A stretch of 64,000 bases of DNA from Planctomycetota bacterium. GTDB taxonomy: Bacteria; Planctomycetota; MHYJ01; JACPTZ01. The notes beneath the pieces are model-generated. The model saw only the letters and a program-made list of their open reading frames with translations, was not told the origin of the DNA and made no database searches. Shown one piece after another: positions 37,431 through 47,801 of this stretch (the first letter of the stretch is position 1; the number at the start of each line of letters is the position of its first letter). The translations under genes were made by a program, and so were the position numbers. Where the stretch lies: positions 20,287-84,286 of the forward strand of contig JACPTZ010000059.1 in NCBI GenBank assembly GCA_016192525.1, read 5' to 3'.

Positions 37431-38390
37431 GTGGGAGCATCGGCCGTGCCGAGCGAGAGGATCTACGTCGAAATTGCGATGGACGAGTCGGGGCGTTTCA
37501 ATCTCGGCTCACCCGACCCCTATTGTGTCTCTGGCGGCGTTGTCTTGGTCGATGGGCAACGCGATCGCGTCCGTGAATGGTTCTGCAGCGGGAGACGACC
37601 GAAATGGAGGGAGGCAACCGCAGGCCAGGTCGAGGATGTCCTTGCGCTTGTCGAGAGTCTGAAGCCACTCGTTTGCATCACTGTGGTCGAGAGGACACCC
37701 GAGCAGGTGCGGCGCGCACAGAACAGCGTGCGTGAGCAGCTCAGTCGGATGCATTCAGTGGATGTCGACCTCGCGCGGCGGGGCAGCACGGTCGTCCCTT
37801 ACGAACTCAACCCCGAGAACTTCTTCCACTTGCATGCGTTTCAGTGCGTCGGAGGACTGATCGCGCAAACTCTGGGAAAGGCGCTCACCGAGCGCGTTGA
37901 ACTGCACCGCGCTTCCCGGACGACCTGCGCCATGACTGTTTTCGTGGGTCACTTCGACGCACCCGAGGAAGTTCGTGGAGTCTACGATAGCAGCGTGCGC
38001 TCCTTGCTGGAGAGGTATGCCCCCCAGAAGTTCGCCGAGCGGGGGTGGAGAATCGAGTTCAAGATGCGACCCGTTGAATTTGGCCACGAGGAATCATGCC
38101 CGTCGCTTCTTCTGATCGACCATCTTGGTGGGATCGTAGCGGGGCACGGTCTCAATCCCGGGTACAGCCACATCCACTTGGATGAGCAGAAGCGCAGGAT
38201 CTACAAGGAGAGACTGCTCCGCGTTCCGTCAATCGACGTGCGTTCACAATCCGTTGACGAACTCGTCGGCGACGCCGCGGAACGGTCCGCAGAATATGAA
38301 GAAGGCGCACGCAGTCGCTGGGCTCGCCGTTCAAGCCGGCGGCATGACTATCAGAATTCGTCGAACGGACCCATCCCCTCCACGCCGTAG
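37431..38390 (+). CDS. DUF3800-like protein
   Basis: N-terminal …IYVEIAMDESGRFNLG… resembles the DUF3800 YIDESG signature. 319 aa at about 58% GC. 3' end converges on and overlaps the RM gene by about 40 nt. Confidence 0.5.
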   Translation: MGASAVPSERIYVEIAMDESGRFNLGSPDPYCVSGGVVLVDGQRDRVREWFCSGRRPKWREATAGQVEDVLALVESLKPLVCITVVERTPEQVRRAQNSVREQLSRMHSVDVDLARRGSTVVPYELNPENFFHLHAFQCVGGLIAQTLGKALTERVELHRASRTTCAMTVFVGHFDAPEEVRGVYDSSVRSLLERYAPQKFAERGWRIEFKMRPVEFGHEESCPSLLLIDHLGGIVAGHGLNPGYSHIHLDEQKRRIYKERLLRVPSIDVRSQSVDELVGDAAERSAEYEEGARSRWARRSSRRHDYQNSSNGPIPSTP

Positions 38391-41300
38391 AGACGCTCCA
38401 CGGCCCAGTTGACGGCCAACTCGATCGCTTCGAGACAGGTCCCCGGCGAGTGGAAGAGCGGACGTTGCGCCTGCGGACGCAGATAGGCCGGGGCCTTCGC
38501 CAGACGCTCCGGGAGCGGGGAGCAGAAGGCGATCAGGCCCTTCGAGGGCGCCGCGCCCCGGAGCTCGAGACGCTTCGCTTCGATGGCGCGCTCCGCCAGC
38601 GCGGCGAGTTCCGCGTTCACCCGCGCATCTGGAATGACGAGCGGAAATTGGCGCAGGTCGCCAATTTCGTAGTCCTGCGTGTTCTTGACGAGTCTCTTCA
38701 GGACGAAACTGGCCAAGTCGGAGTTCAGGATCGATAGAAACGCGCTGACGGACAAACCTCCCCAGACCGGGGTGAGACGCGAACTGTTCGTGTCAAACAC
38801 GCATTTCGGAGAGAGTCGCGCCTTCATCGCCACGTGATTGCCGATGCGGGACCACGTGATCCCCTCGGTGAAGTACGAAAGGGCATTCCTGATTACGGGC
38901 ATATTGGGTTCCGAGCGTCCACTGTGAGTCCAAAGCCAGGCGACCTTTTCAGATCTCCAGTCGATCAAGAGAGGTTCATCGTCTGTCCAACGATTGCCCT
39001 TTGGATCGCCCTTCCGGAACGGCACCCAAGCCCGTTTGCCCGAGAGTCCGTCCTCGATCGCGGCCCTCCGCTCCTTGGCGGTCCAGCCATTTGGGTCGGC
39101 AACATGATTCGCGAGCGCGACGCGATAGACTTCGCCCTTTTGGAGACGGAGGTCTCGTCGCCAGTCAAACTGTCCCTTGAGCGGCTCGACGACAGATTCA
39201 AAGTCGTTGCTGTGCTTCTTGAGCAACTCGTCCAGAACGGGTCCAACCCTTGAGTGCCGTTTCCACAACTCGAGCAGCTCCCGGCGACGATGGAGGATCG
39301 CCACCGCTTGCGGGCTCCCCTCCAGGTATCCGAGGAATCGCCCATTGTTCGCCGTGCACAGTCCCTGTCCTCCCTCGCAGATGAGGCCGGTCAGGGTCAC
39401 GTCCCCCGGCTTCAGGCGCTTGTGATAGGCCCGAATCCGGTCCATGTTCTTCGCGAAGTCGCGGGAAGTTTCGATGGCGTCCCACCACTCGTCCACAAGC
39501 CGCTTCATCGGGGCCATGAGGCGATTGTGCAGGGCGAGGATCCGCGGAGAGGGCTCGAAGAAGGCGCCCTTCAACGCGCGGCGGTAAGGCTCAACAGACG
39601 TCCGGTGGACGCGGAGACACCCGGATTCCGCGTGGTCAACGGGGAACGCCTCAGGCGCGCATCTGAAACCCTCCCGGTCGGCCGAGAACCCGAGACGCGT
39701 CTCGTCCAGATCGCGAAAGCGATCCAGGGCTCGCTCAGGGGAGTCCGCCTCCGTCGAGTAGCGCGCCTGGACGAAACTCAGTCTGTCCTCGGGTTGAGGC
39801 TTCTCGTTCGCGGCCACGATCATGGCCGCGTCCACCGTCGCCTTGAAGGGGTCACACGGGCAAAGGATTACGAGCCGCTTGGCCTGCAGGAGATCGCGGA
39901 CCCGCTGCTTGGTATTGAGGGTGAAAAAGGTGTCCGACGTGATGAAGCCGAATCGCCCGCCCTGACGCAGCAACTCGAAGGACCGGACGATGAAGTGCAC
40001 GTACAGATCGTCATGGAATCCGTCGGCCGCCTCGAGAGCGACGCGGTAGGGCATCGCCTCGGAGCCTTGCGTCGAGACGTAGGGCGGATTGCCGATGACG
40101 GCGTCGAACCCCGGGTTTGCCCGGGGCTCGCCCGTCGGCTCGAAGAAGACGTCCGGGAACTCCAGTTCCCAGTGGAAGGGCTCGATGGCCTCGGTGCGCT
40201 CGTCCACCTGCGTCTCTCGCTCGCGCAGGACGGCCTTGCCGGATCGGGCCTCCGGCGACTTCTCGTCCAGGAGGGCGCGAATCACCAGAGGGTAGTCGGC
40301 CGGGTTGATCTCGACGCCGGCCAGGATGGCCACCCAGACGTTCCCGATTCGTTTCAGCGGCGCGAGTCTTTCCAGTACGCCCTCGCGAAGTCGGCGCTCC
40401 TTTCCCTTCACGGCCACCAGGCTGGCGCTGGGTTCCTGCTCGATGGCGGCGATCTCCTGCAGGGCGGCTCGAACGAGCGGGCGGACGTCCTTCGAGAAGG
40501 GGAGCGGGAGATTCGGGTCCCCCTTGCGGACCGGGGGGGATCCCAGCCGGTCCAGACGGGCACCCACGAGGGAGTTCCCGCGTCGAAGGTGATGGTCGAG
40601 AAAGCTCAACGGTTCGTCGGAAGCGATACAGGTGAGCCAGAGCGCGAGCTTGGACAATTCGACCGCCAGCGGATTGCAATCGACCCCGCAGATGCACGAT
40701 TCCACGACCCGGCGACGCCAGTGCGCGATCTCCGCCTGCTCCTGGGACAGGCCCGGAGAAACCGGGATTTTCCCCTTGGCGAGAATCTGCTCGCGGGAGA
40801 GTTCGTCCCCCACCCGCTCCGTATGGATCTCTGTCGTGGGATGGTAGACGATCTGGTCGGCGAGCCACTCCGTGGCCCGCACGAGGAAGTGACCGCTCCC
40901 CATCGCCGGATCGACCGCCTTGAGCGCGAGGAGGCGATTCGCGAACGAATCGTCGCGCTTCGTCGACGCCACGGCGCGCTTGACCTCGGGCGAATTGTCG
41001 ATCTCACGGATCAGCGGCCCTAGCGTTTTCTCGACGAGGAACCGCACGATGTGGTCCGGCGTGTAGGTGACGGCGCGGACCTCCGCGGTGCCCCGCTCGT
41101 TTCTCAGTTCGAGTCGGTCGCCCTCTTTGACCAGATGGCCGCCTATGAGTCCCTCGTAGATGTCCCCGAGCTGGCGGACTTCGAGGTCGGCGTAGTCGAT
41201 CGGCCCCCACTCGAAGGCCCGCTGTCCCCGCCGGGCCGTGGGCTCGCTGAAGACGAGTTCCCTGAGGACCGTCGCGAGCGCCGCGTCTCCCATCTTCCAC

Positions 41301-42477
41301 TTCTCGAGATTCGGGTGTCCCTCGGGCGCAAATAGTCCCCCGTTGTACGGCGGGACGCCGCACGTCGCGCACGCCCTCGGCTGTTCGCCGCTGATCAGGT
41401 GGAACAGTTTGGACAATTCGCCATAGAGAGTCGTCAATCCGTTCGTGTTCCATTTCATCTCGTTCTTCAGATCGGGGATGAGGCGCCGGAGCGAGTACGT
41501 GTCGCGATAGTGTTTGTTGGAACCCGGCCCCGATTCGCGCACCGGCAGCAGGCCGCGGGACTCGGCGTAGGAGACGAAGAGAAGGCGGTAGAGCAGGATG
41601 AGGCAGGCCTCGTAGAGCGCGGGAAGGTCCGCCTCGGTCATCCTGTTCTCGGGGTATTCCCAAAAACCGTTGGCGAGATCCTCCACCACCCGGTAGACGC
41701 GACGGCGCAGGTCTTCCTCGAGGGCGACGCGGTGCTCGATGGCTTGCTCGCGGACCTCGTCGAGGAAGCACCGGCCGTCCTTCTGGACGAAGGCGGCGAC
41801 CTGAAAGAGGGTGTGAAACGCGCGGAATTCCTCGAACTCGCAGAGGAGGCGCTCCTTCGCCAGGTGGAACTGAAAGTAGGCGCCGGGATGGGCATCGCGG
41901 CAGTAGAGCCGCCAGAAATTGCCATTGGTGAGGATCGCCCACCGGAAGAAGGGGCGGCCATTCACGGGCTCGACCGCCAGCTTGAGGTAGCCTTGAACCT
42001 GTTCGTGCGGGAATTGCCCCGGCGTCTCGGTCTTCGAGACGGCATCGAGGGGATGGTTGGCCTTCTTGGCCTCGACCAGGCCCACCGCGGCCCCGTAGAT
42101 CACGCCGGACTCGTTCGAGGCGAGCGCACGATCCTTCTCGGATTGACTGGCGCAGAGCAGATAGTCGAGCTCCTTCTGGGACCCCGGCAGTTTCTGGGAG
42201 GGAATGAACTTGAATCCCAGCCAGTCCAGCACCTTGTCGAGGAACTCCTGACGCATCACGTCCTCGTTGGCGTGAACGAGGCCCACCCACCTCGACTGCC
42301 AGAGGTCCTTGATCTTCTCGTAGACCGCTCGTGATTCCTGCTCGGAAACGTAGAGGGACGCCGCGGGGAGGCGGGAGCGGATGTAGTGCGCGGAGAAGAG
42401 CCCGTGGGTTTGCCATCCCTCGGGCTTGTCGGGGAAGAGGCTTTGTTCGCCGGAGTGGGATCGTCTTCGGGCCATGG
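38351..42477 (-). CDS. single-polypeptide Type IIG/IIL-like restriction-modification enzyme (PD-(D/E)xK nuclease + gamma-class N6-adenine MTase + TRD)
   Basis: N-terminal ELDYLL…VIYGAAVGLVEAKK (PD…EAK nuclease motif). MTase motif I VDPAMGSGHFLV and motif IV VIGNPPYV (NPPY). About 500-aa C-terminal region as putative TRD. About 1375 aa from MARRRSHSGEQ (ORF extends to 42631). No helicase/ATPase motif and no flanking BREX genes. Confidence 0.6.
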
Positions 42478-42602
42478 CGCCACGCGGTCTTGTGGGACAG
42501 GGCAGGAGGTTGAAGCAACCGCGGAATTCTACGACTCGGGCGACGTGAGGACAAGGCAATCGCCTTGACCGCCCCTCCGCGCGGCCGATATACTGCCTGC
42601 GC

Positions 42603-43775
42603 ATGTCCGCCCCGCAGAACGGCATCTTCACCCGCGAAGAGATCGAGGCCCGCGAGGAACGCTCGCTCGCCCCGTACGGGATGCGCTCCAGGGAATCGCA
42701 CGGCCGGCGCTTCCCCGAGCCGGAACACGCCTACCGCACCGCCTTTCAGCGCGACCGCGACCGCATCGTCCACTCCTCCGCCTTCCGCCGCCTCGAGTAC
42801 AAGACCCAGGTCTTCGTCAATCACGAGGGCGACCACTTCCGCACCCGCCTCACCCACGAGATGGAGGTGGCCCAGATCTCCCGCACCGTCGCCCGCGCCC
42901 TCGGCCTCAACGAGGACCTCTGCGAGGCCCTCGCCCTCATCCACGACCTCGGCCACACCCCGTTCGGCCACGCCGGCCAGGACGCCATGCAGGAGCTCAT
43001 GAAGGACCACGGCGGATTCGAACACAACCTCCAGTCGCTGCGTATCGTCGAGACGCTCGAACGCCGCTATCCCGATTTCCCGGGTCTCAATCTCACGTGG
43101 GAGGTCCGCGAGTCGATCCTGAAACACAAGGTCAAGCGCGACCAGCCGCTCCCCGACGAATACCGGCCGGACTGGGCCCCGCTTCTCGAGGCTCAAGTGG
43201 TCGATCTCGCCGACTCGATCGCGTACGACCATCACGACGTCGACGACTCCCTCCCCGCCGGGTTCATCACCGAGGAAGACCTGGCCGAGGTGGAGTTGTG
43301 GCGCATCGCCTCGGCCGAAGTGGCGAAGCGGTACCCGGGGATCGACGGGAAGACGGCGCGGCGCCAGAAGGTCCGGTTCCTCATCGACCTGGCGGTCACC
43401 GACCTCATCCGGACGACGGCCGGGTCGCTCCGCGCGCAGAAGATCGCGAGCATCGACGATGTCCGGACGGCGAAGTCGGCGGTGGCCGGTTTCTCGAAGG
43501 AGATGGAGGCGCGGAAGGGGGAGTTGCAGGTGTTTCTGAACGCGCGGGTCTACCGCCACCACCGGGTCCTCCGGATGCAGGAGCGCGCGAAGCGGTTTCT
43601 CCGGGACATTTTTCACGAGTATGTCCGGAACCCCGGCCAGTTGCCGCCCGAGTTCCAGTCGTGGGCGCGCGAGGCCGGGACCGAGCGGGCCGTGTGCGAC
43701 TACATCGCCGGGATGACCGACCGGTTCGCGCAGGAGGAGTATCTCAAGTTTTTTCAGCCGTTTGAGAGAGTGTGA
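42603..43775 (+). CDS. dgt: dGTP triphosphohydrolase-like HD-domain protein (Dgt family)
   Basis: FQRDRDRIVHSSAFRRLEYKTQVF, HEMEVAQISRTVA, LIHDLGHTPFGHAGQ. Canonical dGTPase HD motifs. 390 aa. Confidence 0.88.
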   Translation: MSAPQNGIFTREEIEAREERSLAPYGMRSRESHGRRFPEPEHAYRTAFQRDRDRIVHSSAFRRLEYKTQVFVNHEGDHFRTRLTHEMEVAQISRTVARALGLNEDLCEALALIHDLGHTPFGHAGQDAMQELMKDHGGFEHNLQSLRIVETLERRYPDFPGLNLTWEVRESILKHKVKRDQPLPDEYRPDWAPLLEAQVVDLADSIAYDHHDVDDSLPAGFITEEDLAEVELWRIASAEVAKRYPGIDGKTARRQKVRFLIDLAVTDLIRTTAGSLRAQKIASIDDVRTAKSAVAGFSKEMEARKGELQVFLNARVYRHHRVLRMQERAKRFLRDIFHEYVRNPGQLPPEFQSWAREAGTERAVCDYIAGMTDRFAQEEYLKFFQPFERV

Positions 43776-43822
43776 TCGCCGCCGAGGCGCAGAGGGCGCA
43801 GAGGGGACCGCGGCCCGACGGA

Positions 43823-43905
43823 TGGAACGCAACGACGCGAGGACGCAGAGAAGAGAAACGGAAACAGAAACGGAAAAGAGAACAGGAACAGAAGCAGGAA
43901 CAGCT
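43823..43905 (+). repeat. polypurine GGA/ACGGA-rich tract (GAAACGGAAACAGAAACGGAAAAGAGAACAGGAACAGAAGCAGGAACAG)
   Basis: Almost pure purine on the + strand, downstream of dgt. Same style as the spacers in the flagellar cluster. Confidence 0.6.
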
Positions 43906-43998
43906 TCTCGGGTGACAACGGAACAACCACGGATATGCCCCCCGGGAGTTCAAGAGAGGTGCCGGGCGTCTGACGATCATCCTCTCGTGGTTCCCTGG

Positions 43999-44208
43999 CC
44001 CGGATTATTCATGAGAGGAACACCGCCGCCCCGAGTAGCGGCCCGCAGGCCGCGTAACGAGGGGCGGTTCAGGCAGGGTGCCCCGCCTTCAGGGCCGGCC
44101 CCTCGTTACGGCCCCGCAGCACGTGCTGCGGGGCCTACTCGGGGCCTCGGGTTTCCGCCTGAACGCCCTCTCATCCGGGAACGCGCGAGAATTCATGAAT
44201 AATCCGGG
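43999..44208. repeat. MITE family A copy A4 (complete; TIRs CCCGGATTATTCATGA / TTCATGAATAATCCGGG)
   Basis: Both TIRs present (about 210 bp). Interior GTAACGAGGGGCGG…CCCCTCGTTACGGCCCCGCAGCACGTGCTGCGGGGC palindromes shared with A2. Confidence 0.8.
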
Positions 44209-44334
44209 CTAGGCCGTCCTTTTCTGTTGTTGTTCTTTCCGTCTTTGCGCCTCTGCGGTTCGGTGTTGATCTCTTCTCCAGGGGCCTCTCTGCGAACTCC
44301 GCGTCTCCGCGGTTCAAACACGCCGGGTTTTTCC

Positions 44335-45474
44335 ATGGACTCAACGCCCCCCGCCCCCGCTCCATCGCTCCAGCCCCCGCCGCCCGCGGGCGCGACGAAG
44401 CCGAGCGACCTCGTGCCCGCCGTCGGCGCGCCGGCGCCGAAGCAGATTTCCATGCTGCACGTCCTGCGGCTCTTCTTCATCATCGCCGCGGGCGTGGTCG
44501 GCTGGCAGATCTGCGTCCTCCTCCGCCTCAGTCCCGAGCGCAAGATGCTGGGCATCCTCTTCGGGATGCTGGTGGCCTTCGCCTTCGTCCTCGCCGAGGT
44601 CACCTTCACCCGCCGCTACATCGGTCTCATTTCCGCCGTGATGTTCGGCCTCATTGCCGGGTTCCTCCTCGCCTGGCTGGCCCTGACGCTCATCCACTTT
44701 CTTCCGTTCTTCCAGAACCTGGAGAACATCGGTCTGGAGAGCGGGGAGGAGATGAAGACCTGGCTCCAGTTCGCCGTGACGCTCTTCTGCTGCTACATCT
44801 CCGTCATGGCCATTCTCCAGAGCCGGGAGGACTTCAAGTTCGTGATCCCGTTCGTCGAGCTCACGCGGCAGAGCCGGCCGGTTTCCCCCCTCGTCATGGA
44901 CACGAGCGTCATCATCGACGGCCGCATCGCCGACATCATCGACACCCGCCTCATCGCGGTGCCGCTCCTCGTCCCGCGGTTCGTCCTCACCGAACTCCAG
45001 GCGATCGCCGATTCGGCCGACCGCCTCAAGCGGAACCGCGGCCGCCGCGGTCTCGACATTCTGAACCGGATGCGAAAGGCCAAGGGGGCCACGCTCGAAA
45101 TCTACGAGGCGGAGATCCCCGACGTGCTCGGGACCGATTCCAAGCTCTGCCGGCTCACGAAGACCCTCGGCGCCCGGCTCCTGACGAACGACTTCAACCT
45201 GAACCGCGTCGCCCAGGTGCAGGGGATCGAGGTGGTGAACCTGAACGACCTCGCACACGCCCTCCGTCCGGTGGTCCTTCCGGGCGAACCGATCGAGATC
45301 CGGATCCTCAAGGTGGGGGAGGAGGCCGGGCAGGGGGTGGGCTACCTCGACGACGGGACGATGGTGGTGATCGACGGCGCCGCCGCGAAGGTGGGCCAGA
45401 AGATCACCGCCACGGTGACCAGCTCCATCCAGACCTCCGCCGGCCGGATGATCTTCGGGGCGGTGAGGGGGTAG
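44335..45474 (+). CDS. PIN-domain and TRAM-domain membrane protein (YacL-like)
   Basis: Pro-rich N-terminus then 4 TM helices. PIN domain (…VMDTSVIIDGRI…VPRFVLTELQAIAD…). C-terminal TRAM-like beta-barrel (…EIRILKVGEEAGQGVGYLDDGTMVVIDGAAAKVGQKITATV…). Confidence 0.7.
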   Translation: MDSTPPAPAPSLQPPPPAGATKPSDLVPAVGAPAPKQISMLHVLRLFFIIAAGVVGWQICVLLRLSPERKMLGILFGMLVAFAFVLAEVTFTRRYIGLISAVMFGLIAGFLLAWLALTLIHFLPFFQNLENIGLESGEEMKTWLQFAVTLFCCYISVMAILQSREDFKFVIPFVELTRQSRPVSPLVMDTSVIIDGRIADIIDTRLIAVPLLVPRFVLTELQAIADSADRLKRNRGRRGLDILNRMRKAKGATLEIYEAEIPDVLGTDSKLCRLTKTLGARLLTNDFNLNRVAQVQGIEVVNLNDLAHALRPVVLPGEPIEIRILKVGEEAGQGVGYLDDGTMVVIDGAAAKVGQKITATVTSSIQTSAGRMIFGAVRG

Positions 45475-45738
45475 AACCCTTCCTGCCGCCCCCCGGCGGA
45501 GATTGCGGCCGCACCGCCGATCGGACCGGGACGCCCCGCCGCGCCCGGAATTCCCCCCAAGAATTTCCCTCGCTGTAACCCGTTGACCCGCCGCCACTCC
45601 CCGCACCGGTCCGATCTTCCCGTCAACACCGCGCGAGATTCCGGCACCGCCGTTGCGTAAGCACGGGCCAGCGGTCGCCGCCGTCGGTTCGTTCTGCCGC
45701 CGGCCCGGCTCTGGCAGGAGGTCGGTGCCGGCGATCGC

Positions 45739-45984
45739 TTGCGAACGAAAGGAGTCGCCCCCATGCCGTCCACCCTCGAATTCACCCCGCGTCCCGTCGA
45801 TCTCCTCCGCGCCGAACTTCGATCGGTCCTCGACCTGCTCGATGAATGCGGTCTCACCGACCCCGCCCCCGGCGCCCCCGAGTGCGCGACCAGCGCGACC
45901 GCGACGATGGACGCGCTGCGGCCCGCCCTGCGCGCCTCCGGCGCCGCTCCCGCGGCGGACTCCGGCGGAGGAGGCCCCCGATGA
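45739..45984 (+). CDS. hypothetical small protein translationally coupled to flgF
   Basis: AAGGAG SD 8 nt upstream. TGA overlaps the flgF ATG (ATGA). 81 aa. No recognisable motif; an FlgM-like role cannot be confirmed. Confidence 0.4.
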   Translation: MRTKGVAPMPSTLEFTPRPVDLLRAELRSVLDLLDECGLTDPAPGAPECATSATATMDALRPALRASGAAPAADSGGGGPR

Positions 45985-46745
45985 TCTACGGCATCTGGCA
46001 CTCGGCGGCCGGGGCGGTGACGCAGGACGCGCAGGTCGATGTCCTCGCCAACAACCTCGCCAACGTCAATACGCCCGGCTTCCGGAAGGAGTTCCTTGTC
46101 TTCAAGGCCAGAGAGGCCGAGACGCACGAGGACAAGCCGGACCTCAAGTACCTGAATCCGCTCCTGGACAAGATGAAGGGCGGTCTCTTCCTCTCCCGCA
46201 CCTACTTCGACCGCCAGCCGGGCCCGATCCAGGTCACCGACCGGCCGCTCGACCTCGCCCTCGAGGGCGAGGGATTCCTCGGCGTGCGTCGGAACGGCTC
46301 CGTCTACTACACCCGGGCCGGCAATCTAAGCGTCGGGCCGGACGGCCTTCTGCGCACCGCCGACGGCCAGGGCGTCGTCCTCTCCGCTGACGGCGGAGAG
46401 ATCGTCGTCCCGGAAACGGGCGAATTCAACGTGCTGAAGTCCGGCGAGGTCGTCACCCCCGCCGGCGCCGTGCCGCTCATGCTCGTGGAGTTCGACGACC
46501 TCGACAACCTCTTCAAGGCCGGGGACAGCCTCTATGAGTGGAGGGGCCCCGCGGCGCCCGCGCCGGCCACCGCCACAACCGTCCTCCAGGGGGCGCTCGA
46601 AGGCTCGTCCGCGAACCCCGTCAGCGAGATGGTACAGCTCATCCAGGCCTTTCGCGCCTATGAGGGAAACCTCGCCATGCTGCGGAACCAGGACGGGACG
46701 TGGGACCGGGCCGTGAATGACGTGGGCCGCGCAGCTGGGCGGTAG
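45981..46745 (+). CDS. flgF: flagellar basal-body rod protein FlgF
   Basis: N-terminal …AGAVTQDAQVDVLANNLANVNTPGFRK… rod-protein signature. 254 aa. Precedes flgG. Confidence 0.8.
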   Translation: MIYGIWHSAAGAVTQDAQVDVLANNLANVNTPGFRKEFLVFKAREAETHEDKPDLKYLNPLLDKMKGGLFLSRTYFDRQPGPIQVTDRPLDLALEGEGFLGVRRNGSVYYTRAGNLSVGPDGLLRTADGQGVVLSADGGEIVVPETGEFNVLKSGEVVTPAGAVPLMLVEFDDLDNLFKAGDSLYEWRGPAAPAPATATTVLQGALEGSSANPVSEMVQLIQAFRAYEGNLAMLRNQDGTWDRAVNDVGRAAGR

Positions 46746-46809
46746 AGGCGAATTGAAACATCGAACCCGTGACATGAAACCCGAAACCCGCAGGCAAAGG
46801 AGCTGAGAG

Positions 46810-46980
46810 ATGTCGGAAGCGATGAACGACGGCGGGCGGATCCGGATCGAGGTCCCGAGAAACGCGAAGCGCCTCAAGGCCGAGTGGACCGACCGCTACA
46901 CGCGGCGACGGCCGTTCGTCTCCGTCCTCGATGCGCTCGTTCCCATTTGCGTCGATTCCCTCCGGGAAGACGAGGAGTAG
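46810..46980 (+). CDS. hypothetical small ORF (56 aa) between flgF and flgG
   Basis: AAAGGAG SD 7 nt upstream. MSEAMNDGGRIRIEVPRNAKRLKAEWTDRYTRRRPFVSVLDALVPICVDSLREDEE. Not in the supplied ORF track (<60 aa). Confidence 0.3.
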   Translation: MSEAMNDGGRIRIEVPRNAKRLKAEWTDRYTRRRPFVSVLDALVPICVDSLREDEE

Positions 46981-46983
46981 CCC

Positions 46984-47781
46984 ATGGCCGTCCGAGCCCT
47001 TTCCACCGCCGCGACCGGGATGACCTCGATCCAGAAGCACATCGACGTCATCGCCAACAACCTCGCGAACGTGAACACCACCGGCTTCAAGAAGTCCCGG
47101 GCCGAGTTCCAGGACCTCCTCTACCAGTATATGAAGCTCCCCGGCTTCTCCGCCACCGCGCAGGGAACACAGCCGACCGGGATCCAGTTCGGCGTCGGCA
47201 CCAACGTCGTCTCCACGAACCGGCTCTTCAGCCAGGGGCCGCTCACGCAGACCGACAACGACCTCGACGTGGCCATCAACGGCGACGGCTTCTTCCGGGT
47301 CATCGTGGACGAGAACGGGACCATCGGCTACACGCGCGACGGCTCCTTCAAGAAGGACGGCGCCGGACAGCTCCTCACCTCGAACGGAATGCTCCTGGCG
47401 GACCAGATCACCGTCCCCGCGGGGATCACGCGGGTCCAGATCCTCACGAACGGCGCCATCCAGGGCTTCGATCCGACCAACCCGCTCGAGCTGACGAATC
47501 TCGGCCAGTTCACGCTGAGCCGCTTCGTCAATCCGGCCGGGCTGCGCGCCCTCGGCGACAACCTGTACATGCAGACCGACGCCTCCGGGGTGGCCATCGA
47601 CAGCACCCCCGGGACGCAGGGGATCGGAGACGTCCGGCAGCACTTCCTCGAGGAGGCCAACGTCGAGGTCGTGCAGGAACTGGTGGACATGATCGCGGCG
47701 CAGCGGGCTTTCGAGATGAACGGGCAGACGATCCAGGCGGCGGACCAGATGCTGCAGACGGTGAATAATCTCAGGCGGTAG
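46984..47781 (+). CDS. flgG: flagellar distal rod protein FlgG
   Basis: MAVRALSTAATGMTSIQKHIDVIANNLANVNTTGFKKSRAEFQDLLYQ…VDMIAAQRAFEMNGQTIQAADQMLQ. Closely matches the FlgG consensus along its length. Confidence 0.92.
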   Translation: MAVRALSTAATGMTSIQKHIDVIANNLANVNTTGFKKSRAEFQDLLYQYMKLPGFSATAQGTQPTGIQFGVGTNVVSTNRLFSQGPLTQTDNDLDVAINGDGFFRVIVDENGTIGYTRDGSFKKDGAGQLLTSNGMLLADQITVPAGITRVQILTNGAIQGFDPTNPLELTNLGQFTLSRFVNPAGLRALGDNLYMQTDASGVAIDSTPGTQGIGDVRQHFLEEANVEVVQELVDMIAAQRAFEMNGQTIQAADQMLQTVNNLRR

Positions 47782-47801
47782 GTCGCAGGGCTGAGGAAGC
47801 C

